A stretch of DNA of 54,078 nt, the filler included, from Jimgerdemannia flammicorona (Eukaryota): assembly GCA_003990765.1 (NCBI GenBank). It is 2 parts of 2 records of this genome, joined end to end, with 100 filler letters (N's around TTAATTAATTAA, not from the genome) between each part and the next. Parts side by side here need not be neighbours in the genome. Positions count along the whole stretch, not along the records: positions 1 to 26,991 come from RBNJ01000672.1; 1 more part is not named here. One strand, given 5' to 3'. The notes beneath the pieces were generated by a model. It did no database searches and was not told the DNA's origin. It saw nothing but the letters and a program-made list of their open reading frames with translations. How positions within the stretch are numbered: the stretch's first letter is position 1; each line of letters begins with the position of its first letter. Made by a program: the position numbers and the translations under genes. Below, piece by piece: positions 1-12,978 of this stretch.

Positions 1-127
1 ATCTTGACTATTATACCGCTAAACACCAAGAACATTTTGTTGCTTTTAACAAAGTAACTGGGGGCTCAAGCCAAACTACATCAACCCCCAACCTTGTAAT
101 TTGCCTCCATTGAGCCGGCACGTTACA
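1..127 (+). repeat. 3' end of an LTR of the Gypsy-1 family (belongs to a neighbouring copy or solo LTR extending left of the window)
   Basis: Matches 2720-2864 and 11830-11971, ends ...GGCACGTTACA; lacks about 15 bp present in the other two copies. Confidence 0.85.
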
Positions 128-1236
128 CTATATTGTTTTTGAGAAAAGTCATCTTTATATATATTGATTGATTTTCAGATTATATAATATACTAATTACA
201 AGAAGTATTCTTCATAAAGCTTAAATACTACCAAAAATATCTCATTATAGCCAATATTATAATCTTACAAATAATCCTTAGCAATGAAATAAGTTTAATA
301 CTATTCAATACTTTTATCATTTTTATACTTAATTTTATAGACCCAATATGATATTATGACTTGTTAATTAGTTAGAAGAGATATGAGATCTCATAAACCA
401 TTCTTAATAAGGGAATTATACTCTTCATCTATGGTTTACTTTTATTTCTTATTGTTAGGAAAAGTTATCACTTTGCTATATATATTTGGCTTATTGGAAG
501 TTATAATAAATATATATTTATATATCTTGGAATAGCTTATATATATAGTCCTTATATTGTAGTTTAAGGCTTACTGGTATATCTCAATAATTTTCTAAAT
601 TAGAATAAGTCTCATTTCTGAGCTTATACTTTGACTTTTTCTTACTCTTGATAGATCTCTTATTATTATTATTATTATCAATCTTGATATTCTCAATCTC
701 AGTTATTCTTGACTCAGATAACTCTGGCTCAGATATATAGTAGTTGAAAATAGTTTTGCTTTAAAAGAGAGATTGGAATCTGATGTTATACTTACTGAGA
801 TATAGATATTAAAATAGAGGTTCTAATGAATATATCTATAAAGAATTTCTGATTTTCTTTTTTATTGAACTATATATTATATGAGATTATTATATAATAA
901 TTATATAAATCTCAGAGTTAATATATCTTACTAAAATATCTAAAGAACATATACTTATTAGCTTTTAGTTTAAACTTATTCTGATTGATATTACTCATGT
1001 TAAGAATATATACATTATACCAAAATATATATAGATATGTATATTATATCTAGCTTCATTCTACTTCATAACTCTTCAGAAGTTAGATTATAATTATTTC
1101 TGAATTACTTATTATTATTGTTAGATTTCTTACTCAATACTCAAGATATACATCTATGATATATATATATGCTATTATATTGATAACTTTGGCCCAATAA
1201 AAATATAATAATCTGGCTATATTAATTATTATATAT
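128..1236 (-). pseudogene. Highly decayed Copia integrase/RT fragment
   Basis: Collinear with about 14636-15795 of the Copia element (e.g. GTCATCTTTATATATATTGATTGATTTTCAGAT vs GCTGTCTTTATATCTATTTGATGGATTTCAAGAT; GCCCAATAAAAATAT vs GCCCAATAGAAATAT), far more AT-rich. Confidence 0.75.
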
Positions 1237-2864
1237 TATGACAAACCCAGATATACCACCCAAATTATACCTTTGCCAGATAATACAAACAATTAGCCAG
1301 ATGATGTGAACACACAGAATAGTAACCAGCAACCATTGCTGCAGAAACTGTATAAATAGCCAGACTACCAGATAAGGTATATCTGTGCAGGACCTATACA
1401 CCTGTGCCAGACCTGCACACTTGTACTGGACCTGCACAACTTGCCATAAGTAGCAAATCTATAGTTAGCCATATAGCAATCAGATAGCAACCATAACTGT
1501 ATAAATTACCCCAGAGATAAGAGTGAATAAACCTCAGTCTGAAAAGTTGAAGCAAACCAAAGAAGCCTCTAAATATTGAGCATTGGTCCCTTTTCTCTAC
1601 TCTAGTCCACTTTCTGATACAAAGAACAAGTCCAAAAAGTTGAAGCAAACCAAAGAAGTCTCTAAAGATTGAGCATTAGTCCCTTTTTCCCACTCCAGTC
1701 CACTTTCCAATATAGAGAACAAGTCCAAAAAGTCCAAATTCCAAGTAAAAGACAAGTCTGCCTATTATACTTTGAGGGATATACCTGCCAAAAGTCACTT
1801 GATCCAGGAAGGATTGCAACACTTAAGAGAAACACCCACTCTACAGCCACTGCTAGGAGATTGTGAGCATTGGTTCTCTTTTTCACTCTGGTCCACTTTC
1901 TTATACATACAAAGAAGCATTGTTATATTTTTGGTTTACTTACTAGATAAGCCTGAAGATCTTTGCCACCTTTTGAGTTATTCACTATATTTCCAGAGAG
2001 CCCACCTTTCTTGCCACAAGCCAGTCTCTTGACACAACTTTGCAGTGATCCATTCATACAAACAAAGCCAGTCTTTGACATAACTTTGCCAAGAGACCCT
2101 TTTCCAAAGCCACCAATTTTTCATATTTCCAAAAGAGCTTAATTCAGAAGAACTCATGCCATCCAAGTTATTTCCCAGTTGAAGCCACTATTTTCAAGAA
2201 GACTGCCAATTCAGGAGAATTCATATCATCTGCCATTTTTAAGTTATTTACATTCCCAGTTGAAACTGCCATTTCTGAGTAATATTCCCAGAAGTCTGCT
2301 GATTTAGGAAGAATCCACAATATGTGAGTTATCTGAGTTATCTGAATTATCTCCTGCTAAGTTATTTGTTGTTCTCAGTAAGCTTGAGAAGAACCCACTA
2401 CCAGTATAATTCCCAGTTAGAAGAACCTGTACCATCTTCTATTTCCAAAACTGCCACTTTTGGAGAACCTATACCAAATCAAGTTATCCACCAAAATCAA
2501 CAGAACATCATATATAAGAAACCCGTCATGCTATACAAGCAATTGCCCATCACTCAAGAAGGAGAACTACTAAATTGCCAGATCATCACACATAGAGATC
2601 ATCACACTACACCTGAAATTCTATCAATTTCCAGTTGACTCAAGAAGGAAAGACATACAAATTGCTGCTACACTCAGAAGGGAACTATCCCAATAAGGAA
2701 ATCACTTGCAGATATCCAGCTTTGACTATTATACCACTAAACACCAAGGATCTCAGGAATCTTAGAACATTTTGTTGCTTTTTGACAAAGTAACTGGGGG
2801 CTCAAGCCAAACTACATCAACCTCCAACCTTGTAATTTGCCTTCATTGAGCTAGGTATATTACA
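1237..2864 (+). repeat. Gypsy-1 5' LTR (1628 bp)
   Basis: T(A)TGACAAACC...ATTACA; direct repeat of 10415-11971; contains internal ~84-bp tandem repeats at about 1539-1735. Confidence 0.92.
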
Positions 2865-2866
2865 TT

Positions 2867-2884
2867 TGGGAGCTCAACTGGGAA
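2867..2884 (+). promoter_or_regulatory. Primer-binding site, probably tRNA-Pro
   Basis: TGGGAGCTCAACTGGGA two nt after the LTR; resembles the TGGGGGCTC...CCGGGA tRNA-Pro PBS with transition mutations. Confidence 0.65.
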
Positions 2885-2897
2885 GATTTCAAAATCA

Positions 2898-4860
2898 ATG
2901 TGACTTTTCAGCTCACAAGAACCCATAGTCAAACTGGATACATTTGATACTATACCAACCTCTGCCACTGCAGAAGAATCAGTTATCACTAGCATTTGGA
3001 CAGGAAGAGAAGTAATCACATCAAGACTTGCCAACTATCCAGCATCAGAAGGATCCCAACCAGAACCAGAAGGCAGTATAGCCCAAAATCCCCAACCAGA
3101 TCTACTAGACAACACAGGTGACCCTGTTGAAGATTTTAAAGAACTTACACAAGAACTGGAAGATCTTTTTATATAAGTCCGAGATCTTACAGCCAGACAA
3201 CCCATATCCATCCCATCAATCTCACCAATAGAACCCTTACCACAACTTCTTGCAGAATTGGAAGTAGCTTCTACAAGAATACCTAGGCTCATTCTACTTT
3301 GTTCAAGGCCCAGAACACCATCCTCAGGATATCCAAGCACCCCCATCTCTGGTGATAGCTCAGAAAGTGAATCAGAATCAGAATCTGGACCTGAACCAGA
3401 ATCAGAAGAAAGTGATGATGAAATGGCCACCTCACTGCCAATCTTTGCAGGATACCCAGAGGAAGACCCCAGAGAATTCCTTGATGGAATCAAAGGAATT
3501 ACAGTTCTGAGGAATCTCTCTGATAAAAGAAAAATCACCATCTATAAGGCCCAGCTCAGAGAACCAGCCAGAGGAATTTTCTTCCAAACAGCAGATAACC
3601 CAGATTCAGAACCGGCAAGACAGATATAAGCAGCAATATCTTATCAGCTAGAATATGTAGCCATGGTCCACTGGCTCATTGAAAAGTATGCAGGAAATGA
3701 AACCCACCACAAAACTCAAGAATCTATCATGGAGATGAAGATGAATCTTGGAGAATCACTCAGAGTATTCTTCACAAGAATCCAGAAGAGAATACATACT
3801 GCTATGTTCAATGCCACCAACCAGGACATCATAGGTCCAATGACCTTTATGAATGGAATTCTGCCAAATATTGCCAAGTATGTCCACACCCTAGGCATTA
3901 GAAGGTCTGAAGAGCAAGTAGATGTAGTCCAAGGATTCTTTGATGTCAGACAAGGAGCTATCTGGAGTGATCATAACAAGAAGGAAGATAAAGAAGACAT
4001 CCTGGTCAAAGCTCTACAAGGACGCCTCCAAGGACAAGAAAGGTCTAAAGAAAGAAGGCCAGCCAAAGAAGGAAAGAAGGACAGAAGTGAAATCCAAGAC
4101 CTCAGCTCCAAGTTGGACCAATTGGTTGTACAGATCGAAAAACTCACCATATATAAAAATCAGAGCTACCAAGACAACAGAGGATATCTACCACAGAGGA
4201 GCCCAGGTTATTCATCAGGAGATAACAGGAATTACCAGTAAGAAGAAAGAAGATACTTTGTCCAAGACAGAGCTCAAGTCTAATGCTTCTACTGTGGACA
4301 ATTTGGACACTATGCCACTGAATGTAATAACAAAAGAAGTGACCAAAGGGACTCAGAACCATCAAACTGAAGGAATGACACTCAGTATAAGAAGACTGAA
4401 GCTCATTCTGTTGAAGATTTTGAGGAAGTAAGCAATAGTGAAGACTACAGTGATCTAGACTTGTACCCTATCAAGGTTACCACCCAAAAAACAGTCTACC
4501 CAGCAGAGAAGAGGAAGAGATCTGTGGGAAGGCCCTCCAGGAATATCAGCAGAAGAATAGTCCAAGAAGAAGATGAAGAACATGAAGAGGAACAAATAGA
4601 AATACCTCCCTGGACTCCTTCACCTTTTGTCCCTGAAACAAATGAGCTACCACCAGAGAATGAAGAAATAGAACAAGAAGAATGGGAACCTGCTGCCCCA
4701 AAGCCCAAAAAGAAGTATACCCCAAAGACTATACCCAGAGACATCTACAATGAAGCCTGGCAGAAGATTCAAGAAGCCAAGGTGGAAGTTCCTCTCTTGC
4801 AGTTCCTATAACTGACACCAGCTAGAGTCTGAAACAAATTGCTAGAACCACTAGGTCTAG
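2898..4860 (+). pseudogene. gag: Gypsy-1 gag (capsid-like region plus CCHC zinc knuckle), interrupted by stops
   Basis: ATG at 2898 in frame with ORFs 3258 and 3663; PIFAGYPEEDPREFL gag motif; CFYCGQFGHYATEC at about 4284-4325. Confidence 0.85.
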
Positions 4861-4929
4861 CACTAGCTGAGTTCCAATCCAACAGCAAGAACCAGTTCCC
4901 ATCTCTGTCTAAGCAGCTGAAAGATATGT

Positions 4930-5310
4930 CAGCACCTATCTATATAGAGACATTGGAGGACAGAGGGTGAAGATCCTCATAGATATAGGAGCAGCTGTCA
5001 GTATTATTGTCAAACAGTTCCTGGACACCCTCTAACAGCCCATTGATGGACTATCCAATCTCAGCATCATAGTAATAGATAGAGCCCAAAATCAACCCCT
5101 TGGAGAAGTACAAAATATCACCATCTTCCTTGGACACATTCAGTTCTCCATTTTGAAAGCTGTCATCACTGAAGCTGTCACCTATAACATAATTCTTGAC
5201 ACCAACTGGATGAAGGAAATGAATGCAGTTATTGATATTAGTCAACAAGTACTCAAGTTTGACTACTGAGGCAAGAAGTATAGAGTCAAAGTAACCAGCT
5301 ATGAGCAATC
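4930..5310 (+). pseudogene. Gypsy-1 aspartic protease
   Basis: ILIDIGAAVSII (decayed DTGA) at about 4973-5008 and IILDTNWM (decayed ILGxDW) at about 5188. Confidence 0.7.
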
Positions 5311-6559
5311 AAAGAAGAAGAAGAAGGTTACTATTTAGGAAGAATATACCAGCAGTGAAGAGTCTACCATAGAGGGGGAAGAAGAATCTGAAGATGGAAA
5401 TGATCCTAGACTCAATCCCTGAATTAACCTGGTGGATGACAGACCAGAAGATAATATGTGGGCTAAGAACACTGTCCCCATTACCATTGGAGCCATTGTA
5501 GGAGAAATAAAAGGATGCCCCACCTGTCTTAAGAGACATAAGTGCTCCGAGCACTCCTCCAAGATCATTGAGACAAGGAATTCGCCTGGCACAGCCTGCC
5601 CTGAGTGCAGAAGGAAGAAGAAGAAATGCAGACATGTTTCAGAAACACCCACAGCCTAAGCTGCAGAAGTATAAGCAATTTGGGGACAAGAATCATCTGA
5701 GGAAGAAGAAGTTCCTGAGCAAGAAGTACCTGAAGAATTAGTCCCCAAACTCATTCTCTGAGATGACTCTCACTGGACACCACCTGAAGACAATGACCCT
5801 TAGAATATGGAAGAAGTACCCAGCACAATCACCATTATTCCCAAGAAAGAAACTCACCAAGAAAAGGCTTTTTGGCTAGGAAGATGTCTACACCAGATGA
5901 TCTTTCACTCTCCCCAAGACTACTGCTATCAATGCCATCTACTAGACTAATAAGAAAGACAGAAACCCCAGAGACCAGAACCCCTGAGCACAGTTGCACA
6001 GTCAACTAACTTCCATAAAGTTACTACCAAGTTGCAAAGCCAATTCAGAGGACAATGCCTCTTCACCCAGACAGAAGTATACCCCTTATCTACCCTTCCC
6101 CCAATTTATGACCAAGATGGGTACCAATTCATGAGACAACAAGAGGTAAATAACCAGGAATATCATTTTTGAGCAATGAGATATTGCAACCATGGAAGAC
6201 ACCCTGACTGCTGAGACTGCAGACATCAGAAGATTCATCTCAGTCATGATATTGCAATCCATACTTTGAAAAGAGGAGACAATAGAGACCAGATCCAAAA
6301 AAGCCAGACCAAGAAGCCAGGAAGAAGAATCCTCAAGATCTACAATTTGGGAGAGGACATCCTAGCTCTCATTAGACATGCAACCCACCAAGGATGGATA
6401 GAAGATGCCACCAACTTCATGGAAGCCCTAGACTCTATAGGAAAAGAGGAATTAACTATCTTCAAGACCCCTCTACTGGAGACAGATGGCCACACCTCAA
6501 CCTCAGAGCCTGGAGGCTCTCTACTAGTAGAGCTTCAGCCCTAGGACAGCCTGAACTCA

Positions 6560-6990
6560 GCAAGGATATTACCCAGTATGCCATGCTACATCCCAAGGCC
6601 AAACCTCCAACCAAAGCACACCCAGAAGATATAAGATATTATCTTCACAGTCTGGAGGATGAATCTATCAAGCCTGGAAAAACCTTCATGATCAGAACTA
6701 GATTAGCCATATAGCCACCCCAAGGAACTTATATCCAACTGACCTCAAGGTCTGGACTTGCCAGACAAGGAATAACCATAGAAGGAGGAATTATTAACCC
6801 AGGATATATAGGCGAAATCAAGGTTATCCTACACAATAGCAGTGCAGAATGGCACCAAATCATTAGAGGACAGAAGATTGCCCAAGCAGTCTTCATGAAG
6901 GTCAGGACCCCACAATAATAGGAAGTATCTAAACTGACTGAAGGAACCAGACAAGCCAAAAGATTTAGAAGTTCAGACAAGAAAGAAGTA
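6560..6990 (+). pseudogene. Gypsy-1 dUTPase domain
   Basis: AKPPTKAHPED...TSRSGLARQGITIEGGIINPGYIGEIKVIL...KIAQAVF...TRQAKRFRSS reading through stops: trimeric dUTPase motifs. Confidence 0.88.
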
Positions 6991-7439
6991 CATCTCCTTC
7001 AAGTCAACTACCTCAAGAGGAATATTCCCCAGCAAGTGTACTGGCAACCAGTCAGACTGTACAAGAATCTTATCCTGGGGTCCAGAGAACAAACTACCTT
7101 CGAAATCTTTGCACCACCAGACCCCAGAAATCTTTTCTTTGAACCCAAGGAAGATATCCCACACCTGGATATAGAGGGATACATATTCCCTGACAAAATG
7201 AATCCAGTACACTCCTGAGTAACCAACCAAAGTTGGGAGACCATTATCTCACCAAAAGGAACCATCATAGGACATCTGGTGCCTTTCCTCAACTGAACTC
7301 ATAGGGAAGTTTATAAACTAAACCTATCAGAAAATGGCAAAAGGTCTCAGAAGAAAGGCAAGGCCCCTCTGTGACCCAGGAGACAGTGAAGCCTTCCACC
7401 AATATTGTAGAAGAATTGACAACCCAATAACACAACAAT

Positions 7440-8770
7440 TAGTAGAACTTCTCAACAAATATCAAGATATCTTCACCACTGATTATGGCAACCTGCCATA
7501 CAATCCATCATATCACTATAGCATCAATACAGGAAATGCAACACCCATCTGGCAGAAACCCTATCAAATACCCCATCACTTAAAAACATTTAAAAAGGAG
7601 CACATTTAAGAACTCTTAGACATAGAGTCATCTGACCATCTACCAGCCCTTGGGCCAGCCCTATACTTATTGTACCAAAGAAAGGAGGATGGAGATTTTG
7701 TGTGGATTACAGAAAACTCAATTCAGTCACCAAAAAGGATGTCTATCCTTTACTCAGAATTGATGACCTTTTGGATCAGTTATAAGATACCAGATACTTT
7801 AGCAGTATAGATCTCTTTGCTGGATTCCATGAGATCCCTATAGACCTCAAAGACATTCAAAAAACAGCCTTCCTTATTCTAAGAAAATTGTTCAAATATC
7901 TCTGAATGCTCTTTGGACTATGCAATACACCCCCCACCTTTCAGAGAATGATGAATTCAGTCTATGTTCTCTTGATCCACTACTGTCTGATTGTATACAT
8001 GGATTATTCCAACATCTATTCAGCAAATTTTGAAGAATACCTGCACCACCTAAAGGAATTCTTCAAGCTCACCTGTAAGAACCACATGAGATGGAATGCA
8101 AAGACATGCTACTTTGGAAAACAGAAACTTGAATTCCTTGGATTCATAGTTTCAAAAGAAAAAACCCATGCAGACCCAAAGAAAATCAAGAAGATCAACA
8201 ATTAGCCAGTATTCAAGACCCCAAAGGAATCAATATCATTCCTGATGCTAGTATTCTACTACAGAAGGTTTATTAAGGACTTTGCCCAAATTGCTGCCCC
8301 AATCCAAATCCTTCTCAAGAAAGGAGTATTATCCAAATAGACAGAATCACAAGAAAAAGTCTTCAAGAAACTCAAGAACTGCATGACTATAGCACCAATC
8401 CTTGTGTGCCCTAATCTACAGAAGCCATTCATCTTATATATAGATACTTCTAAAGATGGCCTTGGAGCAGTTCTAGCCCAAGAAGGACCTGATCAACAAC
8501 ACTATATGATAGCTTATACAAGCAGAGCTACCAATCAGCAGCAGATGAACTATGGTAGCACCAAACTGGAATACCTTGCAGTCATATGGGCAGTCACCCT
8601 GTTTAAGCACTATCTTATTGGAAAAAAGGTTCACCCTGATCACAGATCATGCAGCCCTCAAATGGCTATTCAACTATAAGAAACCCATCAGAATCCTAGC
8701 CTGCTGGATCCTTATTCTTCAGGATTACAAAATCACCATCATCCACAAAGCAGGGAAGCTCACAACAATA
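7440..8770 (+). pseudogene. pol: Gypsy-1 reverse transcriptase and RNase H
   Basis: [47 protein letters not shown] (decayed YxDD), LYIDTSKDGLGAVL, TDHAALKWL. Confidence 0.95.
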
Positions 8771-8799
8771 TTGATGTACTTTTCCACCAGCTCCAATGA

Positions 8800-9850
8800 A
8801 CCAGAAGAAGGGTGTCCCAAGGAACTACACCCTAAAGGAGGCTCCTCAGACCATCAAGGCATAAGAAGATCTCATCCAAAAAGAATATCAGAAAGCCCGC
8901 CAGAGATAGGCAAATATAGAAGAGAAGCTGCGAACAATATACCAACATAGGTCCAACCTCAGAACATAAGTCTGGGACATACACAAGAAATGTGACACCT
9001 GTCAGAAGTACCAAAGAAGGAAGAACTATCAAGCACCATTGCAACCAATAACACCACCAGACAATATCTTTCAGAGATGGAGAATAGATATAATCAGAAC
9101 TCTACCAGTTACACTAAGAAGAAACAAATATATCCTTATACTTGTGGAACATCTGACCAAGTGGCCTGAGGCTTTCTCAATGGAAATCACAGTGTCTTAA
9201 CCATTGTAGGCCTTCTCCATGGACTCACACTCAGATATGGACTCTCAGAAGAACTCATCTCTAACCAAGACACAGAATTCATCAATAACATAATCATAAG
9301 TTATACTCAAATTTACAAGATCTACCTCAAACAGACCACATCATACTACCCTCAGACCAATGGCATGACAGAGAGAATGAACCAGACCATCAAGAAAGAA
9401 CTTGCCTGAGTCAATCCTACCAATTGAGACCTCTGCTTACCTGAGATCCTATGGGAAATTCAGAACACTCCTGCTGCCTCCACCTAACAAAAGCCATTTG
9501 AAATAATGTTTGCCAAGAAAACCAGAACTACTGACTATGAGAATCTCAGAGACCTCCTCAAAAAGGCAGAATAGTTACATAATCAAGCCCGAGATCAGAT
9601 TATCAAAGCCTAAGAAAGACAAAAGAAGTACTATAATCAAAAACAGAAGGATCAGGAAATCAAGATTGGAGATCAAGTACTAGTTTGGAGAAGTATGATT
9701 GAAATGAATTTTGCCACCAAACTGGAACCCAAATAGGAAGGACCTTATCTTGTATATAACATCAGAGGAACCAGTATCTATTTAAAAAGCATGGATAGAT
9801 GAACCCTCAGGATACTAGTACACATCAATTGCCTCAAGATATACCTTTCC
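8800..9850 (+). pseudogene. Gypsy-1 integrase
   Basis: KKCDTCQKYQ zinc finger, FQRWRIDII, YYPQTNGMTERMNQT, KLEPK*EGPY (GPY/F) motifs. Confidence 0.88.
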
Positions 9851-9858
9851 CCTACATC

Positions 9859-10374
9859 ATAAATCAGAGAGTTGACAATTGCCTTCAGACTCTTGTTCTC
9901 AGCTCATTTCAATCACTGCTAGTTTCCCTACCCCAATTCCAAGAAGTTGATGGGAATGTTCTCCAAAAGATCCAGATTCATCAAGAGAATCTTGTCCTGG
10001 CCAGATAATTGCTACAGGTCCATCAACTTTAGGCCCATTATGCAATTGGAGAACAATTGCAGAACCTCCCAGTCTCAGAACAAATATACATCAGAAACAC
10101 TACAGGACTATCAAGAAGAGATGCCACTGCTGCAGACAGGCTATATACTCTTTATAAGTGAAACTCTGCAGTCCTGATACAAGCACAATTCTCCTGGTAT
10201 GATATATGAGGAATAAACCTAGCCACCTACCTGAGCATCATCAATGCTGTTGAAATCCTATTCCCAGAAGAAGAAGAAGAACCCTTGGAATGGATCAATC
10301 ATGGTACAGATAATGAAGACAATGGAACAAGTATTGATGCAGAAGATACTTACCCACACAGAGCTGATGACTAA
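9859..10374 (+). pseudogene. Additional ORF (about 171 aa) between integrase and PPT, unknown function
   Basis: One frame of 172 codons with four internal stops (TAA, TAG, TGA, TGA), all reversible by a single T-to-C; acidic C-terminus. Confidence 0.6.
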
Positions 10375-10414
10375 AGGACAGTCTGAGGACAGATCATCCT
10401 TTAGTGGGGGCTGA

Positions 10415-11971
10415 TGTGACAAACCAAGACATACCACCCAAATTATACCTTAGCCAGATGATGCAAACATTAGCCAGATGACATGAATATACAGCATAGT
10501 AACCAGCAACCATTGCTGCAAAAACTGTATAAATAGCCAGACTACCAGATAAGGTATATCTGTGCAGGACCTGCATACCTGTGCTGGACCTACACACTTG
10601 TGCTGGACCTGTACAACTTGCCATAAGTAGCAAATCTATAGTTAGCTATATAGCAACCAGATATATAGCAACCACAACTATATAAATTACCCCAGAGACA
10701 AGAGTGAATAAACCACAGTCTGAAAAGTTGAAGCAAACCAAAGAAGCCTCTAAAGATTGAGCATTAGTCCCTTTTCCTCACTCTGGTCCACTTTCCAATA
10801 CAAAGAACAAATCTGAAAAGTTGAAGTAAACCAAAGAAGCCTCTAAAGTTTGAGCATTGGTCCCTTTTCCCCACTCCAGTCCACTTTCTGATACAAAGAA
10901 TGAGTCTGAAAAGTCTGAATTCAAAGTAAAAGACAAGTCTGCCTATTACACTTTGAGGGATATGTCTGCCAAAAGCCACTTAATCCAAGAAGGATTGCAA
11001 TACTTAGGAGAAATGCCTGCTCTTTAGCCACTACTAGGAGATTGTGAGCATTGGTTCCCTTTTCCACTCTGGTTCACTGCCTTTTGAGATATTCACCATA
11101 TTCCCAGAGAGCCTGCCTTTCTTGCCAAAAGCCAGTCTCTTGATGCAATTTCACAGTAATCCATTTGTACAAATGAAGCCAGTCTTTGATGTAACTTTGC
11201 TAAGAGACCCTTTCTCAAAGCCACCAGTTGTTCATATTCCCAGAAGAGCCTGATTTGGAAGAACTCACACCATCTGAGTTATTTCTCAGTTGAAGCCACA
11301 ATTTTCAAGAAGACCACTGATTCAGGAGAATCCGTGTCATCTGTCATTTTCAAGTTATCTATATTCTCAGTTGAAATCACTGTTTCTGAGTAATATTCCC
11401 AGAAGCCCACTGATTCAGGAAGAATCTGTGACATCTGAGTTATCTAAGTTATCTGAATTATCTGCCACCAAGTTATTTATTGTTCCCAGTAAGCTTGAGA
11501 AGAATCCACTGCCAGTATAATTCTCAGTAAGAAGAACCTGTATCATCTTCTATTCCCAAAACTGTCAATTTTGAAGAACCTATACCAAATCAAGTTATCT
11601 GTTGAAATCACCAGAATATCATATATAAGGAACCCATTGTGCTATACAAGAGATTGCCTGTCACTCAAGAAGGAGAACCACTAAATTGCCATATCATTAT
11701 ATACAGAGATCATCATACTATATATGAAATTCTACCAATTTCTAGTTGACACAAGAAGGAAAGACATACAAATCACCACTACACTCAGAGAACTGTCCCA
11801 ATAAGGAAATTACTTGCAGATATCCAGCTTTGACTATTATACCACAAACACTAAGGACCTCAGGAATCTTAGAACATTTTGTTGCTTTTTGACAAAGTAA
11901 CTGTGGGCTCAAGTCAAACTACATCAATCCACAACCTTGTAATTTTCCTCTATTGAGCCAGGCACATTATA
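10415..11971 (+). repeat. Gypsy-1 3' LTR (1557 bp)
   Basis: TGTGACAAACC...CATTATA, preceded by PPT-like TTAGTGGGGGCTGA. Confidence 0.92.
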
Positions 11972-12978
11972 ATATATAGAGAATGAAGTACCAGTGGGAG
12001 CCAGGAGGACAAACCCAGAGCTATGGTCAAAATGAACAGAAGATATATAGAAGAGCATGTATAAGAGAGATAAATAAAAAAGTAACCAAAAATACATCAG
12101 CTGTTTATTGGCATACCAAAGTACAGTTCTAATATATAAAATATGATGTTCCAAAAGAAAGTATATGCCACAACTTAGAGCAAACTGAATTAGGAACCAC
12201 ATGACTGCTGGAGATAAGCAGAGATAAAGAGAGAGCCAATCTCAGTTGTAGAATAAAAATCTCAAATAAACACAAACAAAACAAATCTAAATCATAATTA
12301 AAAAACATTCACAGACCCCAGAGAGATGAGCATGAGTGAGGGGTGAGGCCCAAATAGAGCAAGCCTCAGTAACTAAGTAAAGCATGGGGCTGAAGGCAGC
12401 AGAGGAGAGTGAAGTTAAAGGCTGAGATCCCAGAGTGAGTGCAAGACCCTGGAGGGGGCAAGGATGTTTTTTAATCCTCTCTGAGAGAACTAGAGATACT
12501 AGAAGGTGATGAAAACATAAAGCGAGAGCAATGGATTAAAGAAGAAACAGAAGTAAGATATAAATGAGCAATCAGAGGGCATTGGGAAAGAGACAAAAGT
12601 CTATGATATAAAAGAGAAGAGCATAGGACAGTGTCAGGGCATTGTGTAACCCAGCAAGTACAATCAAATAATATAATAAGAATTAGGGATGGGAAAGAAG
12701 AGGGGTATAGAGTGAGTAAGGGGGGAGAGAGGGGAGGGAGAGAGAGTAAAGAGGAGAGAGTAGAGAGGAATAAACAACAGATCATTCAATAAAAGCAAGC
12801 AGATCATGAATGATAGAAATAGGTTAAGCATAGCAGTAGACTACAAAATTGCTAAAAACCCGAACAGCAGACAACCAGTCAGAATGGTGAGAGCAGTAAA
12901 GTACAAGATGATGAATCCTACCCTAAATACATTCAAGAAGAGTATGACAAGGATGATTGAAATGGAAGTCAGCAAACT

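Larger units (their letters stand above)
1237..11971 (+). mobile_element. Ty3/Gypsy LTR retrotransposon 'Gypsy-1' with dUTPase, decayed
   Basis: Two LTRs of about 1.6 kb, PBS, PPT, domain order gag-PR-dUTPase-RT-RNaseH-IN. Confidence 0.95.

Noticed and set aside
1222..2864. Short ORFs inside the Gypsy-1 LTRs
   Set aside because: Unlike Gypsy-2, I could not join them into one long frame conserved in both LTRs; they overlap tandem repeats.
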